IMG/VR virus record: IMGVR_UViG_3300045988_173299
Span: 1-42,765 of that record
Length of the DNA stretch: 42,765 bases
Source: a virus
Direction: 5' to 3' (one strand)
This document shows, piece by piece, positions 9,500-18,253 of this stretch; position 1 is the stretch's first letter; each line of letters starts with the position of its first letter. A program made the translations under genes and the position numbers. The notes under the pieces were generated by a model that saw nothing but the letters and a program-made list of their open reading frames with translations, was not told the origin of the DNA and did no database searches.

Positions 9500-10724
9500 C
9501 CGCTTCACCGTCCGCAAGGTCCTCATCATCGCTCCCTTGCGAGTCGCCCGCGACACCTGGCCCCAAGAAATAAACAAATGGGACCACCTCACCAACCTCC
9601 GAACCGCAGTCATGGTCGGCGACAAACACACCAGAGACCAAGCCCTCAGCACCGACGCTGACATCTACATCACGAACCGCGAGAACCTTCCCTGGCTCGT
9701 CGACCACGTTGGCCACGATTGGCCTTTCGACATGGTTGTCATCGACGAGCTGAGTTCTTTCAAGTCTCACCAGGCCAAGAGGTTCAAAGCCCTGCGGAAA
9801 ATGCGCCCCCACATCAACCGCATCATCGGACTGACCGGGACCCCAGCCCCCAACAGTCTGATGGATCTATGGGCACAGTTCGCCCTCATCGACGGAGGAG
9901 ACCGGCTCGGAAAATTCATTACCCGATACCGCAACCAGTACTTCCTGCCGGACAAACGCAACGGCGCACAAATCTACACCTACAAGCCCAGACCAGGAGC
10001 CGAACAAGAGATCTACGACGCCATCAGCGACATCACCGTGTCCATGCGTACCACCGACTACCTCGACCTACCCGCAGTCACCTACACCAACCACCCAGTA
10101 ACCCTCAGCGCCCCGGAGCGGGCAGCCTACGACCGACTTAAAAAAGACATGGTCCTCCAACTAGGTGACGACACCATCGATGCTGCAAACGCGGCCGCGC
10201 TATCCGGAAAGCTCCAACAACTCGCCTCCGGCGCCATCTATATCGACGACGAGCACAACACCACCACAGTGCACGCCCGCAAGCTCGACGCACTCGAAGA
10301 TCTCATCGAGCAGGCCAACGGCGCCACCGTCCTTGTTGCCTACTGGTTCAAGCATGAAGCCAGTCGCATCCTCGACCGGTTCCCGCAAGCCCGAGCTCTG
10401 GCCACAAGCCAGGACTTTGCCGACTGGAACCGCGGCAAGATACCCGTCGGGCTGATTCACCCGGCTAGTGCCGGTCACGGCCTGAACCTCCAGGCAGGCG
10501 GCCACATCCTCGTGTGGGTGACCACGCCCTGGTCGCTTGAGCTGTACGAGCAGACCAACGCCCGCCTGCACCGGCAAGGGCAAACTGAGCCGGTCAGCAT
10601 CATCCACCTTGTGGCCACGGACACCATCGACACGAGGGTAGGTGCCGCGCTGAGCGGAAAATCCGTGACGCAGGATGCCCTCGTAGAAGCTGTCGTAGCA
10701 GAACTGAGCAAGGAGAACCAGTAG
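9363..10724 (+). CDS. SNF2-family DEAD/DEAH helicase
   Basis: Q-motif 'PHPYQ', Walker A 'GMGMGKT', DEXH-like 'VVIDELSSFKS'. C-terminal helicase motifs 'GLNLQAGGHILVW' and 'HRQGQTEPVSIIHL'. Confidence 0.85.
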   Translation: MHYTPHPYQAFTTNYIETHPQAAIILGMGMGKTIITLTAINNLIYDRFTVRKVLIIAPLRVARDTWPQEINKWDHLTNLRTAVMVGDKHTRDQALSTDADIYITNRENLPWLVDHVGHDWPFDMVVIDELSSFKSHQAKRFKALRKMRPHINRIIGLTGTPAPNSLMDLWAQFALIDGGDRLGKFITRYRNQYFLPDKRNGAQIYTYKPRPGAEQEIYDAISDITVSMRTTDYLDLPAVTYTNHPVTLSAPERAAYDRLKKDMVLQLGDDTIDAANAAALSGKLQQLASGAIYIDDEHNTTTVHARKLDALEDLIEQANGATVLVAYWFKHEASRILDRFPQARALATSQDFADWNRGKIPVGLIHPASAGHGLNLQAGGHILVWVTTPWSLELYEQTNARLHRQGQTEPVSIIHLVATDTIDTRVGAALSGKSVTQDALVEAVVAELSKENQ

Positions 10725-11323
10725 TGCTAACAACAGAACAAGCACAGCAACTAATCCGTGCGTATACCAGCATCAACCACCTGTCTCAACGACTAGAGCA
10801 GATGAAACTCCCTACCAACGGCACCACAGCCGATGCTTACCGCCCCCCACGGACACCAGGGCCAACCCCGCCTTGCAACCTCACCTGGGTCGACTTCGAC
10901 TGGCAACTGACAGACATGCTCGCCCGAACCGCGGCACAAGCACGAACCGATATCGGCAACCTCTACGGCCTACCAGTACGGACGCTGTCTGGCTACTCAG
11001 GATGGCTCCACGGCATTAGAGACCACCTCATAAACAGCGAATGGATCAACAGTGAGACCTGGTTAGCGCACCAATACGAAACTGAACCCAACGAGCACAC
11101 CATGGCCAGCCTCACCATCAGTTATGCCAGCTATCTACAAGATGCCCTCGAACCACCACTCAACGGCCGGCCTGCGGGCACTGCACTCGAGGTCGCATGG
11201 GAGACCGGCATACCGGTCGAGACAATCCGCACCTGGGGCAAACGTGGACGAGTACCACGGTTCATGGGGCCGCACGGAGCCTGGCTCTATAGGGTTGCAG
11301 ATATTAAACAGATGCAAGCGTAA
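10724..11323 (+). CDS. hypothetical protein with C-terminal excisionase/MerR-type HTH (possible late-gene regulator)
   Basis: GTG start overlaps the SNF2 stop. C-terminal motif 'ALEVAWETGIPVETIRTWGKRGRVP...GAWLYRVADI'. It is the last gene before the low-GC island and the packaging genes. Confidence 0.5.
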   Translation: MLTTEQAQQLIRAYTSINHLSQRLEQMKLPTNGTTADAYRPPRTPGPTPPCNLTWVDFDWQLTDMLARTAAQARTDIGNLYGLPVRTLSGYSGWLHGIRDHLINSEWINSETWLAHQYETEPNEHTMASLTISYASYLQDALEPPLNGRPAGTALEVAWETGIPVETIRTWGKRGRVPRFMGPHGAWLYRVADIKQMQA

Positions 11324-11482
11324 GAATGCGCATGTACCAGTGCGTATGCGAAACTAGTGGGGAGCCACCGCAAGATTCATCTTGCGAATATTCATCATCT
11401 CCGCCTAGCATTGGTGTCGAAAGAAGCACTAACAACCCCGCCTCTTTCCGTTTGGACTTCACCAAACGCTCCGATCAAAAGA

Positions 11483-11521
11483 AAAGGAGCTACGCAGTAA
11501 CTGATGCCACGTAGCTCCTTT
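11483..11521 (-). terminator. perfect 12-bp hairpin (AAAGGAGCTACG...CGTAGCTCCTTT); U-tail on the minus strand
   Basis: Perfect inverted repeat. The minus-strand downstream sequence is TTTTCTTTTGATCGG. Sits directly 3' of the minus-strand small ORF. Confidence 0.55.
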
Positions 11522-11526
11522 AGGCC

Positions 11527-11679
11527 CTAGAGCATATCTAGCCAGTCGCTAAGACGTGCGCCCACACGTTCAACGACATCTATGGCTCGAATCGCTCGGT
11601 ATGCCCAGACGAAAACCCTCATCTTCGTCTGGGCATTCTTATTGCCCAGACCTGATTTGGATGTATCTTGGCGTTCCAT
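11527..11679 (-). CDS. small basic ORF (50 aa) in the low-GC island, below the ORF-track cutoff
   Basis: Minus strand: GAGGAGGTG RBS, 8 nt, then ATG. Translates to MERQDTSKSGLGNKNAQTKMRVFVWAYRAIRAIDVVERVGARLSDWLDML*, followed by the terminator above. Contains an internal 11-bp palindrome, so it could instead be a structured RNA. Confidence 0.3.
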   Translation of the reverse strand: MERQDTSKSGLGNKNAQTKMRVFVWAYRAIRAIDVVERVGARLSDWLDML

Positions 11680-12037
11680 AAGGCCATCACCTCCTCGAAG
11701 GTCTCATGCCCCACAACGGTGACCACGAGACCGCCACGTGAGCGGCCCGTGGGGCTCTCGCGTGAGGCGGTGATACTCCGAGCGACTGCCCGAAGCGTAA
11801 ATAAGTTTAGCTTGAGGTGGGGAAGGTCTGAAATAGCTACTACATTTAGCGGTGTTCCGATCTCTCGCCTTGGATTATGTAGCGCCAGACGCTAGATGTT
11901 GTACATGCTGCAGTGGAAGTGGAGCGGTGGTGGTAGGTCACCTTATGTGTGATATGTGTCTCATTTTTGTTTTCGCTTGCCTGCTGAACCACCCGTGTGG
12001 TTAGAATCAAGTCAGTACAAGTGTGAGCCCATAACCC

Positions 12038-12073
12038 TGACCACTACAGGGGTATGGGCTTTACTCGTATCGA
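12038..12073 (+). promoter_or_regulatory. 13-14 bp imperfect stem-loop (AGCCCATAACCCTG...CAGGGGTATGGGCT) in the low-GC island
   Basis: Inverted repeat seen in sequence, followed by TTTACTCG. Possible terminator or sRNA element. Confidence 0.35.
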
Positions 12074-12158
12074 CCCAAAAGCGTGTTCGAAACATTAAGC
12101 CCGAATAATCCGCAATGCCAGATAGCATCTCCCGCAAACAATGAAGGGAGGTGAAGGC

Positions 12159-12329
12159 ATGGAGTACATCGATAAGAACTTCGAGAAAAAGCTCGGTGGC
12201 GACGTCCCAATCGGAAAGACGCAACGCGAAACCGAGCGCAATCTTGAAAAGCACTTCAAGAAGGCAGGGCTCGAGACTAATAGCGCTGGCATCCGCAAGC
12301 TAGCTAAGGACCTGCATAAGAAGCGCTAA
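12159..12329 (+). CDS. small Lys-rich basic protein (56 aa), moron
   Basis: Strong RBS AAGGGAGGTG lies 7 nt before the ATG. Product is MEYIDKNFEKKLGGDVPIGKTQRETERNLEKHFKKAGLETNSAGIRKLAKDLHKKR. Local GC is about 47-50% against about 63% for the genome. Confidence 0.5.
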   Translation: MEYIDKNFEKKLGGDVPIGKTQRETERNLEKHFKKAGLETNSAGIRKLAKDLHKKR

Positions 12330-12358
12330 CGATGCTAGGTGGGAGTGGGTGATGAATC

Positions 12359-12721
12359 ATGGCGCGAGCCAAGCGCATCTGCTCCCACCCATCGTGCGGA
12401 CAAATAGCCGAGTCGGGCTCTGGGCTCTGCGCCGTCCACGTCGCTGAACGCGACGCCAAACAGTGGCGGACAACGCCAACCAAACGCACCCGCGATTGGA
12501 CCGAATATAACCGCCGCCGCCGAGTGGTAACGGAATGGCGAGCCAAGCACGGCGACCTGTGCCCTGGATATAAACGGCCGCCGCATCCCGCCAATGACCT
12601 TACTGCTGAGCATGTGCATGCGGTCGCGGAAACTGGTGACGGCCGTGGGCGGCTGACTGTTTTGTGTCGGGCGTGTAACTCGAGGCATGGGGCGGAGACC
12701 GCCCTCAAGTATCGAACCTGA
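12359..12721 (+). CDS. HNH endonuclease (packaging-associated)
   Basis: CxxC...C plus 'LTAEHVHAV' and 'LCRACNSRHG' HNH motifs. Lies immediately upstream of terS, as in cos-type HK97-like phages. Confidence 0.85.
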   Translation: MARAKRICSHPSCGQIAESGSGLCAVHVAERDAKQWRTTPTKRTRDWTEYNRRRRVVTEWRAKHGDLCPGYKRPPHPANDLTAEHVHAVAETGDGRGRLTVLCRACNSRHGAETALKYRT

Positions 12722-12865
12722 AGCCCATGTCTGTGACGCATCAGCAATCAGGCTTCATGTCTGCTACCCACGGGGGTGGGGCGACGCTCGACGCCCGCCT
12801 GCACCGCGCGTGAGGTGAAAAAAGGTCTGTACGAGTTCCCAACATGTGGGAAAGGAGGGGATTTT
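12722..12865. other. candidate cos/packaging-initiation region
   Basis: Lies between HNH and terS. Has the inverted repeat GAAGCC...GGCTTC with a duplicated CATGTCTG, then a GC-rich tract. Assigned by position only. Confidence 0.3.
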
Positions 12866-13310
12866 GATGCCGGGACCAGCGCCAAAACCAGACTCGGAAC
12901 GACGTCGCCGCAATGCTCCGATGGCCAACACCGTGCGCCTTCCGAGAGAAGGACGTAAGGGGAGGGCACCAAAGTGGCCGCTCGGAGGACGAGCCCCACG
13001 TGGATGGGCTGACCTCTGGAAGAAACCCCAGGCGGTGATGTGGGAGCGCTCTGGGGACGAGATAGTGGTCGCGCGGTACTTGATAATCAGGAACCTGATT
13101 CAACAGCCGGAAAATGCCGACCAGATTAACGCGACAGCACTGTCGGAGCTGCGGCAATTGGAAGACCGCCTAGGGCTGTCGCCTATGGCTCGCCACCGGC
13201 TGCGGTGGGAAATTGTCGAAGACGAAGTCGAAGAGCGGCGCCAAAGTAAGCGAGCTGCCAGTACGGCAAACCGGAGAGCACGGTTGAAGGTGGTCGCTGA
13301 CGAAGCCTGA
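12866..13310 (+). CDS. terS: terminase small subunit (P27-like)
   Basis: RBS aaggagggg lies 6 nt before the ATG. The N-terminus 'MPGPAPKPDSERRRRN' is the P27-family hallmark. Positioned before terL. Confidence 0.7.
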
Positions 13311-13333
13311 GCGTGAGGGGAGCGTGATGGGTA

Positions 13334-14902
13334 ATGCCGTGGCGCGGACCCGAATACGAAGGCGAGTTTCCGTCTTTGGGATGGTCGGTGGTCGATTGGA
13401 TTGAGTCGAACTGTGTCATACCTGACGGTGACCACAAGGGCGAGCCTTACATTTTGACTGATGAGATGGTGGCTTTTTTGGTTCATCATTATCGGTTGAA
13501 GCCGGAAGCGACGGAGGATAAGCCGCGCCGGGCTTGGAACTATCGTCGCTCCCAGTTGGTTCGTCCACAGAAGTGGGGCAAGGGGCCACTGACCGCGGCG
13601 ATGATTTGTGCTGAGTCTGTGGGACCTGTGGTGTTCGCAGGGTGGGATGCTTCCGGTGAGCCTGTTGGTAGGCCGTGGCCGACACCGCTGATTCAGGTGA
13701 CGGCGTCGTCAGAGGACCAGACAGCGAATGTTTATGCGGCGCTGCAGCCGATGATTGAGGAAGGGCCGCTGACTGAGGTCATCCCAGACACGGGCGATAC
13801 TCGAATCAATCTGCCTGGCGGTGGTCGCATCGACCCGGTGACTTCGAAGGCTCGTTCGCGGCTGGGGCAGCGCGTGACATTTGTGGTGCAGGATGAAACC
13901 CAGATGTGGACGCGGTCCAATGGTGGCGTGTTGTTGGCTACGACGCAGCGTCGCGGTCTGGCGGGCATGGGTGGTCGTTCTGTGGAGACGACGAATGCGT
14001 GGGATCCTGCTGAGAACTCGGTGGCGCAGCAGACGTTTGAGTCGAAGGCTCCGGATATTTATCGGGATTTTCGTCAGGCTCCGGCGTCTTTGTCGTACCG
14101 GAATAAGCGTGAGAGGGCGCGTATCCACCGGCATGTTTATGGCGATTCGTGGTGGGTCGATATGGAGAATATCGAGTCTGAGGCTGCGGAGCTTTTAGAG
14201 ACGGACCCTGCGGAGGCGGAGCGGTTTTTTGGGAACCGCATTGTGTATGGCCGTGGCGCGTGGATTCCTGCTGATACGTGGGAGTCTGGTGACCGTGTGG
14301 AGCAGCCTGCTGATGGTGCGCCGATTTGTTTGGGCTTCGATGGTTCGGAGAACAATGACTGGACTGCCATTACTGCTATTTCGATGGATGGGACGGTGTT
14401 CATTCCGACGTTTGGTCCTGATGAACAGCCGACGTATTGGAATCCTGATGAGCATGGCGGTCGTATTCCTCGTGATGAGGTTGATGCTGCGGTCGATGAG
14501 TTGTTCTCGCGCTATGACGTAGTTCGGATGTATTGCGACCCGCAGGATTGGCGTTCTGAGATTGGCGACTGGTCTGTGCGGCATGGTGATGAGCGTGTTT
14601 TTGAGTGGGCTACTAACCGTGTCAGCCAGATGTTTGAGGCTCTCAAGACGTTTGAAACGAACCTTGCTACGGGGCGTGTAGGCCATGACGGCACTAAAAC
14701 TCTTGGTATCGCGGTGGCGAATGCTAGGAAGGTGGCTCGACCTGGCCAGAAGTACATTCTCGGGAAAGCCACGGAAAGTCAGAAGATTGATATCGCGATG
14801 GCGATGGTGCTCGCGCACGAGGCGTGGGTGAATTCGATGGCGCTGGGGTGGGCACCGCGTGAGCAGAACAGGGTTCTGGTCTTTGGGCGTAGGAGGCGAT
14901 GA
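13334..14902 (+). CDS. terL: terminase large subunit
   Basis: 522 aa. ATPase region 'VTFVVQDETQMW'. RNaseH-like nuclease region 'ICLGFDGSENNDWTAI'. Located between terS and the portal gene. Confidence 0.85.
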   Translation: MPWRGPEYEGEFPSLGWSVVDWIESNCVIPDGDHKGEPYILTDEMVAFLVHHYRLKPEATEDKPRRAWNYRRSQLVRPQKWGKGPLTAAMICAESVGPVVFAGWDASGEPVGRPWPTPLIQVTASSEDQTANVYAALQPMIEEGPLTEVIPDTGDTRINLPGGGRIDPVTSKARSRLGQRVTFVVQDETQMWTRSNGGVLLATTQRRGLAGMGGRSVETTNAWDPAENSVAQQTFESKAPDIYRDFRQAPASLSYRNKRERARIHRHVYGDSWWVDMENIESEAAELLETDPAEAERFFGNRIVYGRGAWIPADTWESGDRVEQPADGAPICLGFDGSENNDWTAITAISMDGTVFIPTFGPDEQPTYWNPDEHGGRIPRDEVDAAVDELFSRYDVVRMYCDPQDWRSEIGDWSVRHGDERVFEWATNRVSQMFEALKTFETNLATGRVGHDGTKTLGIAVANARKVARPGQKYILGKATESQKIDIAMAMVLAHEAWVNSMALGWAPREQNRVLVFGRRRR

Positions 14903-16317
14903 TGACAGTAGCGATTAATAATGGTGGCTTGTCGCCGGATGAGCAGAATTTGCTCCAGGCGTTGCATCAGAAATGGATGCAGCAGCGTGGTCAGGACATC
15001 GCGAACGAGAAGCTTTTCGCTGGTCTGCAGAAGGTTGCTCAGTTGGGTATTGCGGTACCTCCTGAGGTTGAGCCGTTTGCATTTCCGATGAATTGGCCGC
15101 GGATGTATGTAGAAGTATTAGAGCAGCGCATGGATGTGCGACTGCTTTTGCGTTCCGGGGTAATTGAGGAAGACCAGGAGCTGCGCGCCGATTGGGAAGC
15201 TAATAGCCTCGAGCTGGAGCATCACTTGGCGCATACTGATTTGCTGGTTTATGGCCGGTGTGTGGCGTCGGTGTCGTGGCCGGACCGTGAATCGGGGCAG
15301 ACACGGCCTGTGATTCGTGTGGAGTCGCCGCGGGATATTGCGGTTATCGTGGATCCCTACACGCGGGCTACTCGCGGTGCTCTTCGAGTTTATGCGGACG
15401 AGATGGGCATTGAACAGCGCATGACGCTGTATTTACCGAATGAGACCGTGCATCTTGCGCGTGAGGCTGGCACAGACCAGGTTGTTTCTCGTGACCGGCA
15501 TGACTTGGGTCGGGTACCAGTGGTTTGCCAGTGGAATCGGCGTATGTCAGGGCGTTTCTCCGGTACCAGTCAGATGGAGGACATTAAGCACTGGGTGGGG
15601 CTTATGTCTCGGGTGGTGCTGAATCTGCAGTTGGCGATGGAGACAATCGCGACGCCGCAGAAGGTCGCTATTGGAGTGTCGCAGAAGGATTTTGTTGATC
15701 CGGATACTGGCGAGGATTTGGACCCGTGGGAGACCTACATGGGTGCGATCTGGGCTATTTCTCGGACAACGAAGGAGGGGGTTGATGTTAAGCAGCTTCC
15801 TGCGGGTGATTTGGCTGGGTTTATTTCGACGGTGGAGATGATTACGAAGCAGGTGGCCGGCCAGACGGGTTTGCCGTTACGCATGCTTGGTCATTCGACT
15901 GTGAATCCAGCTTCTGAAGGCGGTATTAAGGCCGACGAGGCGCGTCTGGTGAAGACGGTGGAGCGGTTGAATACGACGGCTGGGGTGTTCTGGTCGTGGG
16001 TTTTGGGTATTGCGGAGCGGGTCCGGACTGGTGTGTGGCCGGAGGGTGCGCCGATTCAGATTGAGTGGCGTAATCCGGCGACTCCGACGTTGGCGGAGAT
16101 GGCGGATGCGATGCAGAAGCAAACCGGTGGCGCCCCGACGTTGTCGGTGCGTGGTGCTTTGAATCAGATGGGGTACTCGCAGGCTCGTATCGATAAGGAA
16201 CTGCAGTGGCTGGAGGAAGAGGCTGCGGGGATGTATACGCCGGTGGATGTGAAGTTGGAGCGGCAGCCGCCGGAGATGTTGCTTGAGGAGCCTTCGCCTG
16301 ACGGTGGTGGTGCCTAG
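14902..16317 (+). CDS. portal protein
   Basis: About 470 aa, immediately after terL. Start overlaps the terL stop (ATGATG). Confidence 0.7.
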   Translation: MTVAINNGGLSPDEQNLLQALHQKWMQQRGQDIANEKLFAGLQKVAQLGIAVPPEVEPFAFPMNWPRMYVEVLEQRMDVRLLLRSGVIEEDQELRADWEANSLELEHHLAHTDLLVYGRCVASVSWPDRESGQTRPVIRVESPRDIAVIVDPYTRATRGALRVYADEMGIEQRMTLYLPNETVHLAREAGTDQVVSRDRHDLGRVPVVCQWNRRMSGRFSGTSQMEDIKHWVGLMSRVVLNLQLAMETIATPQKVAIGVSQKDFVDPDTGEDLDPWETYMGAIWAISRTTKEGVDVKQLPAGDLAGFISTVEMITKQVAGQTGLPLRMLGHSTVNPASEGGIKADEARLVKTVERLNTTAGVFWSWVLGIAERVRTGVWPEGAPIQIEWRNPATPTLAEMADAMQKQTGGAPTLSVRGALNQMGYSQARIDKELQWLEEEAAGMYTPVDVKLERQPPEMLLEEPSPDGGGA

Positions 16318-17867
16318 TGGCGGAAGTGTATTCGTTTCGCTCACTGCCTCCGGGGGTTCGTGAGGAAGCTGAGGCGCGTGGCGTAGTGGTGCGGCGCACG
16401 CTTACTGATATGCGGACGCGGGTGATGCCTAGGCATCGGCCGATGGATATTGACCATTGGGAGCGTACTCGTGGTCCGGAGGTTATCCGTTTGGTGACGC
16501 AGGCGCAGGCCGAGAATGCTGCGCTGGTTGACCGCACATTTAATTTGACGCTGTTGGCGCAGGGGTACATGACGGAGCCGATTGGGGAAATTCGGCCGAC
16601 GGCGTTTGCGGGCGTGATGCCTGATGGTGACCCGCTGGATCTGATTCCGCAGGCGGTGGCTAACCGTGTGCGGGAGCGACTAGCAACGGGCGCGGAACCG
16701 CTGCAGGCGTGGCAAGCAGGCGGGAAGCTTCTTGCGACGATTGTGCAGACCGCGTTATCGGATACGCAGCGTATGGCGAAGATGGTGGCGGGGTTTGCCC
16801 GGCCCCGGACGTTGTACGTGCGGATGTTGCGGCCACCGTCGTGTTCGCGGTGTACGGTTTTGGCTGGCAAACGCGGGTTCTGGGACAAGCCATTTCAGCG
16901 GCATCCGGGTTGTGATTGCACGCAGGTTCCGGTTCCGGATTGGTCTAAGGACACGTTCGAGGGGCCTGCTTTTGACCCGGTGGCGGCGTTTGAGGAGTTG
17001 CCGGTATCTGAGCAGGACCGGTTGTTTACGAAGGCTGGCGCGGAGGCGATTCGCTCGGGTGCGGATATTGCGCAGGTTGTGAACTCGCGGTCGGGGATGA
17101 GTCATGTTGGTGATTCGTATACGCGGGTGGGGTCAACTGCTCGGGGTAAGGCGGTGCAGTATTTCGTTGGGGAAGACGGGAAGCTGCGTAAGCAGGTGAA
17201 TTACCGGAGGCTGTCGGTTCCGAAGATTGTGGAGATGACTGAGGGTAACCCTGATGGTCGTATTGCTTTGTTGTACCGGCATGGGTATATACGTAGCGTT
17301 AAACCGGGCAGCGAGAAGGGAGTTGTGCTGCGGAGTACTGAGGCCCGTCGTGAGGCAGGTCAGTTGGCGCTGAAGAAACAGCTAGAAAGTGACTTGCCAA
17401 AGATTGATATGAGTGCGCCGGTACGCCACGTGGTCGATTCAAAAATTCGTATCCGAAGAGGTGCAATTTATAGTTCCGGTGGCCATTCTTATGAAGCCGG
17501 AGAATCTCTGCTTGCCGTAATTCGCGCGCATCCGGAGCTCTCTTTTCGAGGAGAGAAGACTTTCTTTCCTCCATACGAAGGCGGCAAGGAGGCTCTGGCA
17601 GCATGGCTCGAGGAGGATCCTTCACCGCTGAAAGCAGCGCTCGAAAACCCAAAGGAAGTGGTGGCCACTCGAACTGGGCGTAAGGTTAAGTCATTAGTTA
17701 GTGGGCCTGATGGGGAAACTATCGAGGTAGAGTTTGTACTTGAACCGGCGCGCAAGTCGTCAGAATATGATTTCAAAATTGCGACCCTGTACCCGATTTC
17801 TGGAAAAGGCGTATCGTCGATTAAGGACAGTGGAGGGGTTATCACCGGCCCGTTGATGGAGGCATGA
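16317..17867 (+). CDS. MuF-like head morphogenesis protein with a low-GC C-terminal extension (putative fused toxin domain)
   Basis: GTG start overlaps the portal stop. Position (portal, then MuF, then scaffold) is typical of SPP1 gp7/MuF-like proteins. GC drops from about 65% to about 50% from around nt 17270 (about aa 318) to the end. Confidence 0.55.
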   Translation: MAEVYSFRSLPPGVREEAEARGVVVRRTLTDMRTRVMPRHRPMDIDHWERTRGPEVIRLVTQAQAENAALVDRTFNLTLLAQGYMTEPIGEIRPTAFAGVMPDGDPLDLIPQAVANRVRERLATGAEPLQAWQAGGKLLATIVQTALSDTQRMAKMVAGFARPRTLYVRMLRPPSCSRCTVLAGKRGFWDKPFQRHPGCDCTQVPVPDWSKDTFEGPAFDPVAAFEELPVSEQDRLFTKAGAEAIRSGADIAQVVNSRSGMSHVGDSYTRVGSTARGKAVQYFVGEDGKLRKQVNYRRLSVPKIVEMTEGNPDGRIALLYRHGYIRSVKPGSEKGVVLRSTEARREAGQLALKKQLESDLPKIDMSAPVRHVVDSKIRIRRGAIYSSGGHSYEAGESLLAVIRAHPELSFRGEKTFFPPYEGGKEALAAWLEEDPSPLKAALENPKEVVATRTGRKVKSLVSGPDGETIEVEFVLEPARKSSEYDFKIATLYPISGKGVSSIKDSGGVITGPLMEA

Positions 17868-18166
17868 TGGATTTTTATGATGCGATTGCACGTATCGAAG
17901 CGTCACCATCGGTGTCTGTACGGTACGGCGATACAGGGGTACAGGATTTTGAGCTAGAAGAATTTCTTGCTGGGCTTGTACAGGATAAGGCAGTTGTCAC
18001 TGATATTGAGGCTAAGCGTGAGTTTCTGGCCTGGTTCGATGAAGATGAAGATTGGCTAGATCCGGATTGGGACGACCCCGTGGTTGAACAAGCAGTCAGG
18101 GATTTACACGCTTTCGCCAGTCTGGAACCAAAGATAGCAATCAAGGTTCCAAAGCCACCGGCTTAA
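17864..18166 (+). CDS. small highly acidic protein (candidate immunity protein or DNA mimic)
   Basis: 100 aa. 'DEDEDWLDPDWDDP' with acidic residues far outnumbering basic ones. Low-GC. Start overlaps the MuF stop (ATGATG). Followed by a terminator. Confidence 0.5.
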   Translation: MMDFYDAIARIEASPSVSVRYGDTGVQDFELEEFLAGLVQDKAVVTDIEAKREFLAWFDEDEDWLDPDWDDPVVEQAVRDLHAFASLEPKIAIKVPKPPA

Positions 18167-18181
18167 GACGCACGCCAACGC

Positions 18182-18217
18182 AACCCGTTCTGGTTTTCAC
18201 CAGAGCGGGTTTTTTCA
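18182..18217 (+). terminator. rho-independent terminator (AACCCGTTCTGG..CCAGAGCGGGTT plus T6)
   Basis: 12-bp stem with one G·U pair, then TTTTTT. Confidence 0.65.
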
Positions 18218-18253
18218 TGCCAAATTTTTCTTTTCCGAGATGGAGGAAAGCAC

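Noticed and set aside
11326-11514. 62-aa plus-strand ORF at the edge of the low-GC island
   Set aside because: No RBS. It ends inside the 12-bp hairpin, which is better explained as the minus-strand terminator. Kept only as a weak possibility.
15926-16888. 320-aa minus-strand ORF (and many other long minus-strand ORFs between 13 and 39 kb, e.g. 18215..18880, 19726..20370, 38694..39206)
   Set aside because: They are antisense to well-supported packaging, head and tail genes in a high-GC genome where stop codons are rare. Their translations are Arg/Pro/Ser-rich and low-complexity, with no RBS.
18203-18222. Recurrent TTTTTCATGCC after three terminators (18211, 39279, 39531; related TTTATGCC at 21811)
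   Set aside because: Probably a U-tail plus a short chance or duplicated motif. There are too few copies to call a promoter or binding site, though the two attP-proximal copies are part of a real duplication.
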